Notes under the pieces: generated by a model | What the model was told of the DNA's origin: nothing | The model's database searches: none | The model's input: the letters and a program-made list of their open reading frames with translations, nothing else | Program-made: the position numbers and the translations under genes | Part shown: positions 12,673 through 25,523 of the stretch, piece by piece | How positions within the stretch are numbered: position 1 is the stretch's first letter | Layout: every line of letters starts with the position of its first letter | Assembly: GCA_951406725.2 (NCBI GenBank) | Contig: OX597823.1 | Location: 111,476,001-111,540,000 of the forward strand | From: Octopus vulgaris | Taxonomy: Eukaryota | Reading direction: 5' to 3' | Length of the DNA: 64,000 nucleotides

Positions 12673-13299
12673 GATGCATATGTATTGTTGGCACTTCGGT
12701 AAAATGCACACATCAACAGGTATCATGTAATCACATTCAAACGTACATAAAAACATATATTATATGTCTGTGGGTTTTAGTGTGTGTGATGGAGGTGGCA
12801 TGGCCTAGTGGTTAAGGTGTCGCATTCACAATAACTGGGTCATGGCTTTGATTCCCAGACCAGGTGGTGTGTTGTGTTCTTGAGCAAGATTCTTCACTTC
12901 ACATTACTCTGCAGGTGTGAGAATGGCAGAATCATTGGCACATTGGCAGAAATGCTTTACATGCCATCTTCTGGTTCTCTACTTTCTGAGTTCAAATCTC
13001 ACCTGCCTGGAGAAGGCAATGGGAAACCACTCCAGGTTTCATCCCAAGCTAATCATAGTAGCCAAAGTTCCAGTAATCTATTTGATAGTGTCAGAGGAGG
13101 GAACAGCCCCTCCCAGGTTGTATATAGGGCACTCGAGAAGATTCACATGCACAGGACCTCCTCAAAGTGTTGATAGCTTTCTATTTTCAAACAACAAATA
13201 CATTTGCGTTGCATTTATTTTTATGTATTATTATTGCTGCTGTATCAAATTTCTTTAGAATTTTACGATTTCTTGCATGTAATAATTTTGAAACATAAA

Positions 13300-13812
13300 G
13301 ACTGAGACCTCTGAGATATGCTGTGACTGTGACGACCCGACAAATGAAGTGAGTTCATGGCTCGCAGGATGGTCTGCTGTGCTAACCTTGGATCGTAGAG
13401 TGACCCACTGTTCTTGAGGAGACCTATTGAATCAGGTACGTCAACACCAACATCAAAATAAAAATCAAATGGAAATTGTAGTTAAGCTACTTGTGCCGGT
13501 GACACATAAAGAGCACCGTCCGAACATGGCAGATGCCAGCATCGCCTGACTGGCGTCTGTGTCAGTGACACATAAAAGCACCAACCGATTGTGGCCATTT
13601 GCCAGCCTGCTCTGGCCCCTGTGCCGTTGGCACATAAAGAACACCCACTACACTCATGGAGTGGTTGGCATTAGGAAGGGCATCCAGCTGTAGAAACACT
13701 GCCAGATCAGACTGGAGCCTGGTGCAGCCTCCTGGCTTCCCAGACCCCGGTTGAATCGTCCAACCCATGCTAGCACGGAAAATGGACGTTAAACGATGAT
13801 GATGGTGATGAT
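13300..13812 (+). mobile_element. 5'-truncated RTE-clade LINE 3' end with structured tandem repeats and (GAT)n tail
   Basis: Homologous to 26537-27085; ends GGACGTTAAACGATGATGAT. Confidence 0.8.
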
Positions 13813-14537
13813 GAAAGAATCCCTAGTGTTTGTTTAGGTTTTGAAATTTGTTATTTTCTTCCCTCAAGAAAATAATGTTTCAAGTGTCAAGAATAATAAG
13901 AATTGGAGGGTTATAGTCACAGGAAAAACTTCTAAAATTGATAAATCTTCTAAGTCTTATATAAACCATAGAGACTCACATGTAATGTAATGAGTAAAAT
14001 AAAAAAAATTCAGTTATCAGAGATTACCTACGCAATAAGTAAACAAAGTCTTTTCATATGTTTCTAAAAATCTAAAAGCAATAAAAAGTGAAATAAATCC
14101 AATCATATCAGACAATATTCACAAATTTTTTGAAAATAATGGAGGAAGGGATGTTGTTAAAGCTAACTGATATTATTTCATCTTCAGTTCATTTACAAGA
14201 CATAGTAATGATGAATATATATAGAAGTCATAACCTCTCTACCGTTGTAGCTGAAAAGAAACAATGTTGCCATGGCAATATAACACAGTTCAAGAAAATG
14301 TCATTAATATGTAAATATATTGGTCATTAGACAAACCTGCTTCTTTAGTATAATCTTTTCCATTTTCCTTCTGTTGGTTTCAAAACACTGGACAAGCATC
14401 ATGCTGGGCCACACGTTAAGGATGTTTTTAGTCAATGATATCAAGAAAGAAGATTGGACTTGGTTTTTCAACACACAACATATAGAAACCAAAACTTATT
14501 CAAGTTACACATTACTGTCTTAGAGAGGAATAACGCA

Positions 14538-14936
14538 TTAACCCATTAGTGTTTAAACTGGCCATATCTGGCCTAAATATTCTACATGTCTTATATTCAA
14601 ATAAACAATCATTGAAACCTCAAAGCTGTAAGATAATGCGGATTAATTAAAAACAATTTGAGTGAAAAATTATTAAATTTAAAAGAGTAATCTGAACACT
14701 AAAGGCGGCGAGCTGGCAGAAACGTCAGCATGCCGGGCGAAATGCTTAGCGATATTTTGTCTTTCTTTACGTTCTGAGTTCAAATTCTGCCGAGGTCGAC
14801 TTTGCCTTTCGTCCTTTCGGGATCGATAAAATAAGTACCAGTTGCGTACTGGGGTCAATCTAATCGACTGGCCCCTTACCCAACATTTCGGGCCTTGTGT
14901 CTAGAGAAGAAAAGAATCTGAACACTAAAGGGTTAA
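14538..14936. mobile_element. piggyBac-type MITE containing a nested family-B SINE (14703-14914)
   Basis: TTAA|CCCATTAGTGTT...AACACTAAAGGG|TTAA. SINE TSD AATCTGAACACTAAAG at 14689-14704 and 14915-14930. Confidence 0.85.
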
Positions 14937-15042
14937 ATACTCCAGTTCTAGATACTTATTGCTAGAGGAAAAGACAGAAAAAGACAGAAATGAGTGAAAA
15001 TGTCATAGATTATAGGTTTGCTGGATCAAGGCTGACCTCAGA

Positions 15043-15272
15043 TTAACCCTTTCGTTACCAACACAACTGAAACCGGCTCTGGCTCTGTAGTACCAATGTC
15101 TTGTTTTCATAAGTTCTGAATTCAAGTCTTCCACCAAACCTTAGTCACAATTTATGTTCCTAACACCAGCTTAATGATAACCAAATTATTTTACTAAATT
15201 CTTTGTTATATTTTAAATTAATTGAAAGAAACACAGAGCATCTCAACAGAAATATGGTAACAAAAGGGTTAA
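15043..15272. mobile_element. piggyBac-type MITE
   Basis: TTAA TSDs; TIR CCCTTTCGTTACCA / TGGTAACAAAAGGG. Confidence 0.88.
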
Positions 15273-15484
15273 ACTATTGATCATTGAAATGATCAAAGAC
15301 ATCAATGGAAGAAAAGCATTGTCCTCCTCTGACTCCTTCAACCATGAGATTATCACCTGTACTTTCATATAAATATTCTCATTTTGAAGTGTTCAAATTT
15401 CCATTAAAAATCTCTATTAAAAATTTATAGAAAATTTTTATTGAGCAACATACCAAGCAACTTCATATTATAATAGTTAGTATT

Positions 15485-15779
15485 ACCTTGGGCAAGTGTC
15501 TTCTATTATAGCCTCAGGCCAGCCAAAACCTTGTGAGCGGATTTGGTAGACAGAAACTGAAAGAAGCCTCTTGCATATACACGCGTGTGTGTGTGTGTGT
15601 GTGTGTGTGTTTGTGTTTGTCCCCCACTTGACAACTGATGTTTGTGTGTTTACCTCCCTGTAACTTAGCAGTTTAACAAAAAGAGCCTGATAGAATAAGT
15701 CCAGGGGTCGATTTCTTCAACTAAAGGTGGTGCTCCAGCATGGTCACAGTCGAATGGCTGAAACAAATAAAAGAATAAA

Positions 15780-15782
<3 letters not shown>
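15485..15782 (+). mobile_element. SINE family A, 5'-truncated
   Basis: CORE-like CCTTGGGCAAGTGTCTTCT and the family tail. Confidence 0.8.
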
Positions 15783-15832
<50 letters not shown>

Positions 15833-16400
15833 ATATTGAGGTCTCATTCTTTCTTTTGTTATCTTACTGTTTTTACCAATACATATATATAAAGGGAATG
15901 GTTGTGAGGAAACCAGAAAGAATGAAGGTTGAGTAAGGGAGGGGACAGAAAGGTTAAGAGTGCACATCATTATTAATATCAAGAACAATCTTACTTAGAA
16001 ATGGATGCGTGCGTTCCGTCATATAATAAATTAATAAATAAAACATATGCTTATATGTACGTACCTACCTCTACATGTATATATATATATATATACACGC
16101 ATATATGAGTACAGGACACCAAAAAAATGTAGAATACCATGAGAAACGAAAACATAAACACAAAACCAAGGAACTGGACATTTTTCTTAAACAACAAAAA
16201 AATAGAGTACAGGACAAATAACACAAGGAAAATTCCCCTTCTTCAGTCGCCAATGGTTTCATCTACTCTGCATTTCGAAGGTGATGGCTGGTTGCTGACA
16301 GATCTTTCTGCTCTGTAAGGATTTTATCCTATATATGCTGTTCTATCAGTATTTACACATTGAAAACTGAATCTTTCTATTTGTTGTACAATACATCATT

Positions 16401-16640
16401 GGTCATATTCAGTGAGCTCACTTCAGAATTCAGACCATGGGGTTGTTCTCACCAAAGATACAAGGAACAACTCAGAGCAACACTAAAGTCCACTGGAATT
16501 GAGCCTAAATCGTTTGAGAGAGAAGCTGGAAACCATACCAAGTGGCAGCATTCCATCATCATCAGAACTAAAATCTCTGGAGCCACCAGAAGAGAAAAGA
16601 AAGAAAGCATCTGTCAGGAGAGAAAGGCTTGACAAAATGA
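16401..16640 (+). pseudogene. RTE-clade RT C-terminal fragment
   Basis: VIFSELTSEFRPWGCSHQRYKEQLRATLKSTGIEPKSFEREAGNHTKW resembles the RTE C-terminal signature. Confidence 0.7.
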
Positions 16641-16821
16641 AGCTTGTTGTCCACCAACGTTGCTATGCAGTTATTGCCATTTGTGTGTATAATGTGTAAA
16701 GTTAATAAAAGAAAATGGAAAAGAAATATAGTAGATACTTAATTTATTCTATGGAAAAAGTAATACATATAAGATTCAGGATGTAAAGGAGCCGAATAAA
16801 AAAAAGAAATAAACATAAAAT

Positions 16822-16930
16822 AATCCTACATATGTTTCGATCCGGCCATTAGATTCAGATCATCACCATTCAAGAAATGTTAGATGTAAAATAAATCCAC
16901 ATTATGTCTGGATATCATCAGCAAGGATAT
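16822..16930 (-). ncRNA. Hammerhead-like motif with long stem-II insertion
   Basis: Minus strand: CTGATGA TATCC...GGATC GAAAC ATAT GTA GGAT; a degenerate partner lies at 19111-19217 (+). Confidence 0.55.
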
Positions 16931-17190
16931 TTAATTCCTGGTGGTGAGCAAAGAGGACTGTATTTTCAAATATTTAAATAATGTAAGCAATAATTTATTA
17001 GGACACCAAGGTCATGTGGGGAGATATTATCTAATGAAACCTTGCTAAAATACTATAATGTACTTAAAAAATAGACTTATAAGTGTTAAGGGTCATAAAG
17101 AAGTCGTTTAATTAGAATATGGGTTGTTATGAGCTGTTAAGAGTATGGAAGACAAATTGGTCAATTGCAATACTTTTTACTCGATATCAA

Positions 17191-17234
<44 letters not shown>

Positions 17235-17594
17235 AACATTGAAATTCTAAATTATATATTAGTTCTCAGCAGCACATTCAATAATCCACCACTTATAATT
17301 CTCCATATTAAAGATACCCATATAACCCAAATTTTAAATCCATGATATTAGCATACTTATTTATTAAACCAATAACAACAAACATATAAACCATAATTAA
17401 TACAATAATATTAGTATGAATTTATTCCATAGATCTCTCAATTCTTAGATTATAATATTCAAAATCTCTAATACCAATTTATCCAAACTTTATACAACAA
17501 TCTATAATATTTATTTCCTTGTTAAATGGATTATGCATGCATTCCACTTTTATATACTTACAACAGATATAATAACCCTTTTTTTTTTCAGTAA

Positions 17595-17988
17595 CTAGCA
17601 GTATCACCTGGCGTTGCTTGGGCTTGTTTCGACCCTTTAGAATTGAAATTTTTGAAAAGTAAAAATTTTGCATTATGTAGCTTGTTATTCTCTTTAAGTA
17701 AACATTTTTCTGGATGAAATACACTGAAAAATGGCGACACAGCAGTAAAAGAATCGTAAAAAATAGCGATTTTCATAGAAAAAAAGCACCTTTTTGATGT
17801 AAATAATTTTTGGTGTTAACATAGTCCGATTTGAATTTTTTCTTCTACGGAAGAAAGAGCATGCCTTCTTCTATCATATTCTCAATTTTGGTCAACTTGC
17901 GTCCCAGGGTCTCGGAAGAGATAGTGTTAGTTGAAGGCTGTCAAATCTGCCATACACAGACAACTTCAGCTTTATATATATAGAGAGA
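17595..17988 (-). mobile_element. Non-autonomous Helitron
   Basis: Minus strand starts TCTCTCTATATATA and ends with a GC-rich subterminal imperfect hairpin and CTAG; inserted between A and T, no TSD. Confidence 0.8.
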
Positions 17989-19435
17989 TTTATTTAATAA
18001 CTCTCTATTTATATTTTTTCTATATAAGCCATATTTTGTTTCAAATGCTTTTACTAGAATTTTTCATCTTTTATTTTCTAAAATCTCATAAACCAATATC
18101 AACAACTATTGAAACTTAATCTATCTACATATGCACCTGAAAAACTCTGCATGTTTATATATATATATATCCATATTATCTAAAAATCCTATAAATATAA
18201 TTTTCTAGTAAAACAAATGATAATTTTTTCATCATAATAAAACCTTAGAGAAAATAAAATTTAACCACACGAACAAAGGAAAATTACTAGTTATTACAAT
18301 TACACTTTAGAAAAATATAACAGATTATAAACTACCTCATATTTAAATTTTTTTTTCACATAAAAATGTAAATTCCTCTCACAGGTAAGTGCACTATAAT
18401 TTTTTAATACTTTTTCTTTGAACAATGGAAAGTATAATGTAGTCCATTGAAATGCTAAATAATAATAGTTATAACTTTTCTCCAAATTATTTTCTAAAAT
18501 AATATCATATAGAATAACTTTTTCCTTTTTTTCTCCTTTATTTCTTAATCTTTTTTGTATCAACCCCACATAAAAAATTATGTGTTTCTTCTACTTTTCT
18601 TCCATTTTGTCACATTTCATTATTTTTACCCACATCATAAAATCTATTTTTCTCTCTTACATATTTTTTTCGCATAAATATTTAAATTCCTCTCTGAAAT
18701 ATGTAAACAGTAACTTTTCTCTGAATACTGGAATGTATACATTAGTACATTGAAGTGCTAAATAATTAACAGTTATTTTAGTATATAATATTGAATCATT
18801 TTTCTCTTTTATTTCCCAAATCATTTATGTTTATTTTTACCCCTCAAAAAATCTATTCCATCTCTCAATTAGTTTTCAATACACTTAACAGCCCATAACA
18901 GCCCATATTCTAATTAAATTACTACTTTATGTCCCTTAACACATATAAGTCTATTTTTCAAGTACATTATAGTATTTTAGCAAGATTTCTTAAGATAATA
19001 TCTCCCCACGTGACCTCAGCATCCTAATAAATTGTTGTTTACGTTATTTGAATATTTGAAAATACTGTCCTGATCTTAGTTATTTCGTTGCTTACCATCA
19101 GAAAGTAAACATCCTCCCTGATAATATCCAGACATAATGTGGGGTTATTTTACATCTAACATCGCTTGAATGGTGATGATCTGAACCTAATGGGCGGATT
19201 GAAACATATGTAGAATTCTTTACTGTTTATTTCTTTTGTTAATATTGTTCCTTTCAATCTCAAATCTTATATGTTTTACTTTTTTCATTGGGATACAAAT
19301 AAAATTAACAAAGTATCCACTATATTTCTTCTCCATTTTCTTTTAGTAACTTAACACATTATTGGACAATTTATCCATATCTATTGCAGCACTTTCTTTC
19401 AATACATTTGATAACACCAGTTGGTATATGGATTG

Positions 19436-19658
19436 TTTTTAGTATTCAGATTACTCTGTCAAATGTAAAGCCTGTTTAATCACATTGTTTTAAATTAGTT
19501 GTACAGCATCTTGTAACTCTGGGATATTGATGATGTTCCTGTTTATTTTTAGAATGACTTTGTAGGGTAGGTGTGAGAGGTCAGAGCTGGCTGGTTTGAG
19601 CATAAAACAGGAAGACAATTTTGACCTGATATGGCCGGTTTAAACACTAAAGGGTTAA
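19436..19658. mobile_element. piggyBac-type MITE related to 14538-14936, opposite orientation, one end eroded
   Basis: Ends GATATGGCCGGTTTAAACACTAAAGGG|TTAA. Confidence 0.7.
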
Positions 19659-19700
19659 ATCCCTTATGAGGAAGTTACATCCTCTATGTTTCGATGGTAC

Positions 19701-19733
<33 letters not shown>

Positions 19734-19969
19734 CAACTTTGATAATAACGGAATTTTAAAAAAATTTCTGTCGGCTTTCTTCGAGACGCGTGCTTATAGT
19801 GATGAATTATATGGCTATTGACGATGTGTCTATTTTCGGCATATTTGGCATTAGAAATTTTTTCTTTTGCCCTTGTTTATAAGTTGTTAATAAATTTAAC
19901 CTTTAAAGGTATTTCTTAATATGCTGGCCATTGATAGAACTTTTTTCGAAAAATTTTATCCTATATTAG

Positions 19970-20015
<46 letters not shown>

Positions 20016-20018
<3 letters not shown>

Positions 20019-20433
20019 AGTAAATGTAAAGGTAAGCATGTTAAGCAGGTCAATGTACAAAGAATAATAAATACATTAAAAACAAAATATGTATGTTTAC
20101 ATATAAAGAAGTCTAATTTAAACAGAATAGAAACAACATAAAGAATTAAAGGAGTTGAAGAAGAATAGGAAAAATTCAACTGCTGTTTCTGGCACCTCAG
20201 TGGTCCAAAGTAATGACTGTAAATTGATTCCATCGTTGGATGATATGATCCTCCATCTTCAGAAATGATTAAATCAATTTACAATCGTAATTTAGGACCA
20301 CTAAGCTCCCAGAAACAACAGTTGGATTTTTCATCCTCTCCCTCAACCCCTTTAATTTTTGATACCATTTCTATTCTGTGTAAGTTGGACCTTTTTGTAT
20401 GTCAACCCGCCTAACTTGCTTACATTTACTCCT
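20016..20433. repeat. Imperfect ~420-bp palindrome (fold-back)
   Basis: Arm 20016-20229 is the reverse complement of arm 20272-20433, with one indel. Confidence 0.85.
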
Positions 20434-20592
20434 CTACCTGCTCAAGTTTAAGCTACTTGAGCACTACTGAGTTTATTCTATTCAGAGAATATCTGATTCT
20501 CATCATGAAATATATATATATATGTTGATTCGCTAGCTTCTGCACGCATTTTTTTTCTCTCCTTGTTTCTTTCTGTGTTTCTTTTCTGTGTA

Positions 20593-20630
20593 TCTTTCTG
20601 TCGAAGAGCGTACGCTCGAAACGTAAAAGA
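20593..20630 (+). ncRNA. Minimal hammerhead-like motif with variant core
   Basis: TCTTT CTGTCGA A GAGC-GTAC-GCTC GAAA CG TA AAAGA: stems I and II pair perfectly. Confidence 0.6.
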
Positions 20631-20735
20631 CTTGTTTTATTTATATTCCTGAGCACCATACTAATACAATTGTTTGTTTGTATTCCACCTGCCTTCGTCT
20701 TTTGTTTATTTTCATAAAGCTTCCCGTTATATATA

Positions 20736-20767
<32 letters not shown>

Positions 20768-21594
20768 CATATGCATGTATGTACGTATGCATGTATGTAT
20801 GTATGCATGTATGCATGTATGCATGTATGTATGTATGTTTGTATGTATGTACATGTGTATGCTTATATATATACAATACAGATAAACAAAAGAACTGAAA
20901 TTTTGATATATATCACTCTCGATCACGTCCAGGTGATTTTGTTTTACCTAGCTTTGAAGTAGACTATGTTTTCTAACATTATACATCTTTAAAAGGATCT
21001 TCCTAAAGCAAAATACTGCCGCTAAATGCATTTAACAAAACACATATATTAAGCATGTGATATTCTATATATATAAGAAATCCTAAAACAATGAAACACT
21101 GAAAACATTTTTGCTTTCATATCAGTAATATATAAAATATTTAGGGAGCAAAATAATTTCCTTTTTCTTAAAACTTCATCAAGAGATAAATCGTTAATTA
21201 AAGGTAGGTACCAAAATTAGTCAATATATAAAATTCTTTATCATATAAAGATACAAATTTTAGACGGAGCAGATATCCAGTTTTGCAAATATACGCGGAT
21301 ATATGTTGGAGATACATGTGTTTGTGTTGTTTTGCCTTCTTGTCTTTACCTCTTGTGATATTTGCAAACACTTGTCATTATCATTCATGCAGGGTCACTC
21401 GTTTCCAATAATCTGCATAAACATGCTTGGCCATCAGGTAATATAGCCTAACTTAAAAACCAGAGGGTTGGTGAATGAAGCGACATCTAGCCATAGAATA
21501 TCTGTCTCAAAATTTTGGGGCCACAACTATTGAGAATGGAAAAGTGGATGCCAAACCATTGATGATGGTGTTGATGATAAAGATATATATATAT

Positions 21595-21973
21595 ACTCTT
21601 TTACTCTTTTACTTGTTTCAGTCATTTGACTGCGGCCATGCTGGAGTCGAGGAAATCGACCCCAGGACTTATTCTTTGTAAGCCTAGTACTTATTCTATC
21701 GGTCTCTTTTGCTGAAACCACTAAGTTACGGGGACGTAAACACACCAAGTGATGTTGAGGGGGACAAACACAGACACACAAACACACACACACATATATA
21801 TACATATATACCACGGGCTTCTTTTAGTTTCCATCTACCAAATCCACTCACAAGGCTTTGGTCGGCCTGAAGCTATAGTAGAAGACACTTGACCAAGGTG
21901 TCACACAGTGGGACTGAACCCAGAACCATGTGGTTGGTAAGCAAGCTACTTACCACACACCCACTCCTGCGCC

Positions 21974-21974
<1 letters not shown>
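21595..21974 (-). mobile_element. SINE family A, full length
   Basis: Reverse complement of the family sequence; head-to-head with the copy starting ~22005. Confidence 0.85.
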
Positions 21975-22004
<30 letters not shown>

Positions 22005-22530
22005 GGCCCTGGTCTGGCTGTGTGGTAAGAAATTTCCTTCCCAACCGCATGGTTCCGGGTTCAGTCCCACTGTGTGGCACCTTGGTCAAGTGTCTTCTAT
22101 TATAATGTTGGGCCCACCAAAGCCTTGTGACTAGATTTGGTAGCCTGTCGTATATATATGTATATATATATATTTGCTTGTTTCTGTCTGTGCTTGTTAC
22201 CCCACCATCACTTGATAACTGATGTTGGTGTGTTTACATCGCCATAACTTAGCAGTTCGACAAACAAGACCAATATTATTTATTGTTAAAGTCGAAGTTT
22301 CACTCTCATGAAACTCTACAATAAATCATGTGTGAGCATAGTGTTTGTAAACGTGTATATATATGTCTGCTTGTATGTGTGTATGTGAGTACCTCATATA
22401 CACCAGTGTAAGCACACACATGCATGGACACACTGACACACAGACTTCCAAAGAATAAGTTCAGAGGTCGATATCTTCAAGTGAAAGGTGATGCTTCAGC
22501 ATGGCCACAGTCAAAATGACAGAAACAAAT
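22005..22530 (+). mobile_element. SINE family A interrupted by a ~170-bp insert (22273-22442)
   Basis: The SINE stops at ...AGACCAATA and resumes at GACTTCCAAAGAATAAG. Confidence 0.8.
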
Positions 22531-22563
22531 TAAAAAAAAATTATATATATATATATATATGGG

Positions 22564-22647
<84 letters not shown>

Positions 22648-22690
22648 CAGACAGATAAATAGATAGATAGATAGACAGACAGATAGATAA

Positions 22691-22731
<41 letters not shown>

Positions 22732-22790
22732 CAGACAGATAAATAGATAGATAGATAGACAGACAGATAAATAGATAGATAGAGAGGTAT

Positions 22791-22830
<40 letters not shown>

Positions 22831-22858
22831 GATAGATTGACACATAGATAAGTACTAC

Positions 22859-22897
<39 letters not shown>

Positions 22898-23192
22898 GAG
22901 AGAGAGAGGAACATAGATAAATAGATATGTGTATAGGTGTATTTATAGGTGTGTTCAAGCACGAAAATAAAGAAACAGAATAAAATTGTATCTGCTGCTG
23001 AGATATAAAAAGTCAGTAGAGAAACTGTCAGTAAATGAAGACTGCATTGCTCTGCAATGGACCTTAGAAAGCATAAAATATAGAGAGGAGCAGAGTGGAT
23101 AAAATTTACATAGTTAAACCCTGACACACGCAAACATACACTCACATCCACATACAGGCTGCCACATAGAGGCAAGCATACACTCACACATC

Positions 23193-23250
<58 letters not shown>

Positions 23251-23399
23251 CATGTGAAAAAGAGATCTTAACTATGTAAATCTCCATTTTGTTCCTACAT
23301 ATTTTATGTGTTGTAAAGAAAGCATATATGTATATACATACATATATATATTTATATATATATATATATAGATATATACACACACATATATATATACAT

Positions 23400-23440
<41 letters not shown>

Positions 23441-23777
23441 CATATATATATATATATATACACATACACATATAAATTTATATATATATATATGTATACA
23501 TATATATACATAGGTGTGTGTGAGTGTGTCCATGCATGTATGTGTGGGCTTACACTTGCATGTATGAGGCATTCACATACACACATACAAGCAGACACAT
23601 ATATACACGTTTACAAACACATACACTCACACATGATTTATTGTAGAGTTTCATGAGAGTGAAACTTCGACTTTAAATGCCCCAATAAATAATATAAATT
23701 TTACTGGATGTATTGAGTACCCTCTTGTTTATATACTCTCCAGTGAAGCTATATATATTCATATATATATATATATA

Positions 23778-23823
<46 letters not shown>

Positions 23824-24218
23824 CATATATATATATGTGCATATATGTTTAGTTTCACTTTTTACATTTGTATTTGTGTATGTGTATATGGATGTGTATA
23901 TGGATATATATATGTATATATATATATATGTATATACTTATGTACATGTATGTGCACACACACTCACACACATGCACACACATGCACACACATACAAGCA
24001 CTATGCACATGTACAGTCACATATATATGTGTGTGTATGTATGTATTTGTATAATCACATGTCTGTGTGAACTTATAAATATATTTTTATGTCTATGTAT
24101 GTCTCTGTGGGTACGCTAATTTGTAGTTTGGGCTGTGTGTGTGTGTGCATATGCTTGTGCTTCTGTCTGGGCATGTGTGTGAACATGTAAAACAATATTT
24201 ACGAGTGTTTTTATCTAT

Positions 24219-24259
<41 letters not shown>

Positions 24260-25291
24260 ATCCTATAATACTGAATATACAGAAGAAATACAATAAAACG
24301 AATGAAAAACATGAGAGGCGGAGACCGTATTGAAAGTTTGATCAGTAAAATGGAAGTGCAAGTAAATTACCAAAACCGATGTAAGGAAGAAAAAAAATCA
24401 CAAATAAAATAAAATAAAATACACATAAAAAAGTGAGGGACAGAAAATTCTTGTCGTTTATCGACTGATGGTTGTATTTCAAATATTTATGGGAAAATCT
24501 ATAGACTATGGTAAAGATAAATTATAAAGGATCCAACCTAACTCTGGTCTAATTACAAATGTTCTGTGAGTGCCAACAGTGTTTAAAAGTTAGGTCCTTG
24601 TTATTGCGAACTTGTTACATACAGTTCTGTTGATCAGTGGGTTTACCATTGATGGAGAGAGCACAATGCTGAAGTACCAGTGGAATTGTTGCTAGTTTCT
24701 CTTTTTATTTTTTATAGTCGTTGGACTGTGGTCATACTGGGGCACCACCTTGTTTAGTGAAAAAAGTCGATGCTAGGTCTTATTTTAAGTCTGGTATTTA
24801 CTGTATCGTGAAAGCGTGTGACCTAGTGGTTAGGCTGTTGCACTAATGATTGCTAGATCGTGGGTTCAATACCCTGACTGGGTGGCATGTTGTGTTCTTG
24901 ATCAAAACACTTCATTTCACATTGCTCTAATCTCTCTTCAATCAGGGTGGGGATTTTTGGCCTGCTCACCTAACCAGCAGGGTGGCATCATTTGAAAGCT
25001 AAAACAATGCAATAGTGCATTGTGATCAATGATGTGTAACAACATCTGATTGCTTGGTTGGTCATGAAATCATGTATGACTTACTGTATCAGTCTCTTCT
25101 TTTGTTTCATTATTAAGTTATGGGAACATAAACAAACCAAAATTAGTTGTCAAGCAACTGGGCAACAAATACAAGCATATAAATACAAGCATTGACACGT
25201 TATAGGTTTCCATAAAATTTCTATATACCAAATGCACTCAAGAGACATCAGTCAGCTTAGGGCTATTGTGGAAGGTACTTGCCCAAGTTTA

Positions 25292-25523
25292 AAGGTGGCG
25301 AGCTGGCAGAATCGTTAGCATGCCGGGCGAAATGCGTAGCCGTATTTCATCTGCCGTTACGTTCTGAGTTCAAATTCCGCCAAGGTTGACTTTGCCTTTC
25401 ATCCTTTTGGGGTCGATTAAATAAGTACCAGTTATGCACTGGGGTCGACGTAATCGACTTAAACTGTGTGTCTGTCCTTGTTTGTCCCCTCTGTGTTTAG
25501 CCCCTTGTGGGTAATAAAGAAAC
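25292..25523 (+). mobile_element. SINE family B nested in an old family-A copy
   Basis: TSD AGGTACTTGCCCAAGTTT on both sides. Confidence 0.88.

Larger units (their letters stand above)
16691..19360. mobile_element. Element bounded by ~480-bp inverted repeats each carrying a hammerhead-like motif (probable PLE remnant)
   Basis: 16691-17160 is the diverged reverse complement of 18866-19360. Confidence 0.75.

Noticed and set aside
14130-14523. Short ORFs as a possible transposase or host exon
   Set aside because: No recognisable motif or convincing splice signals.
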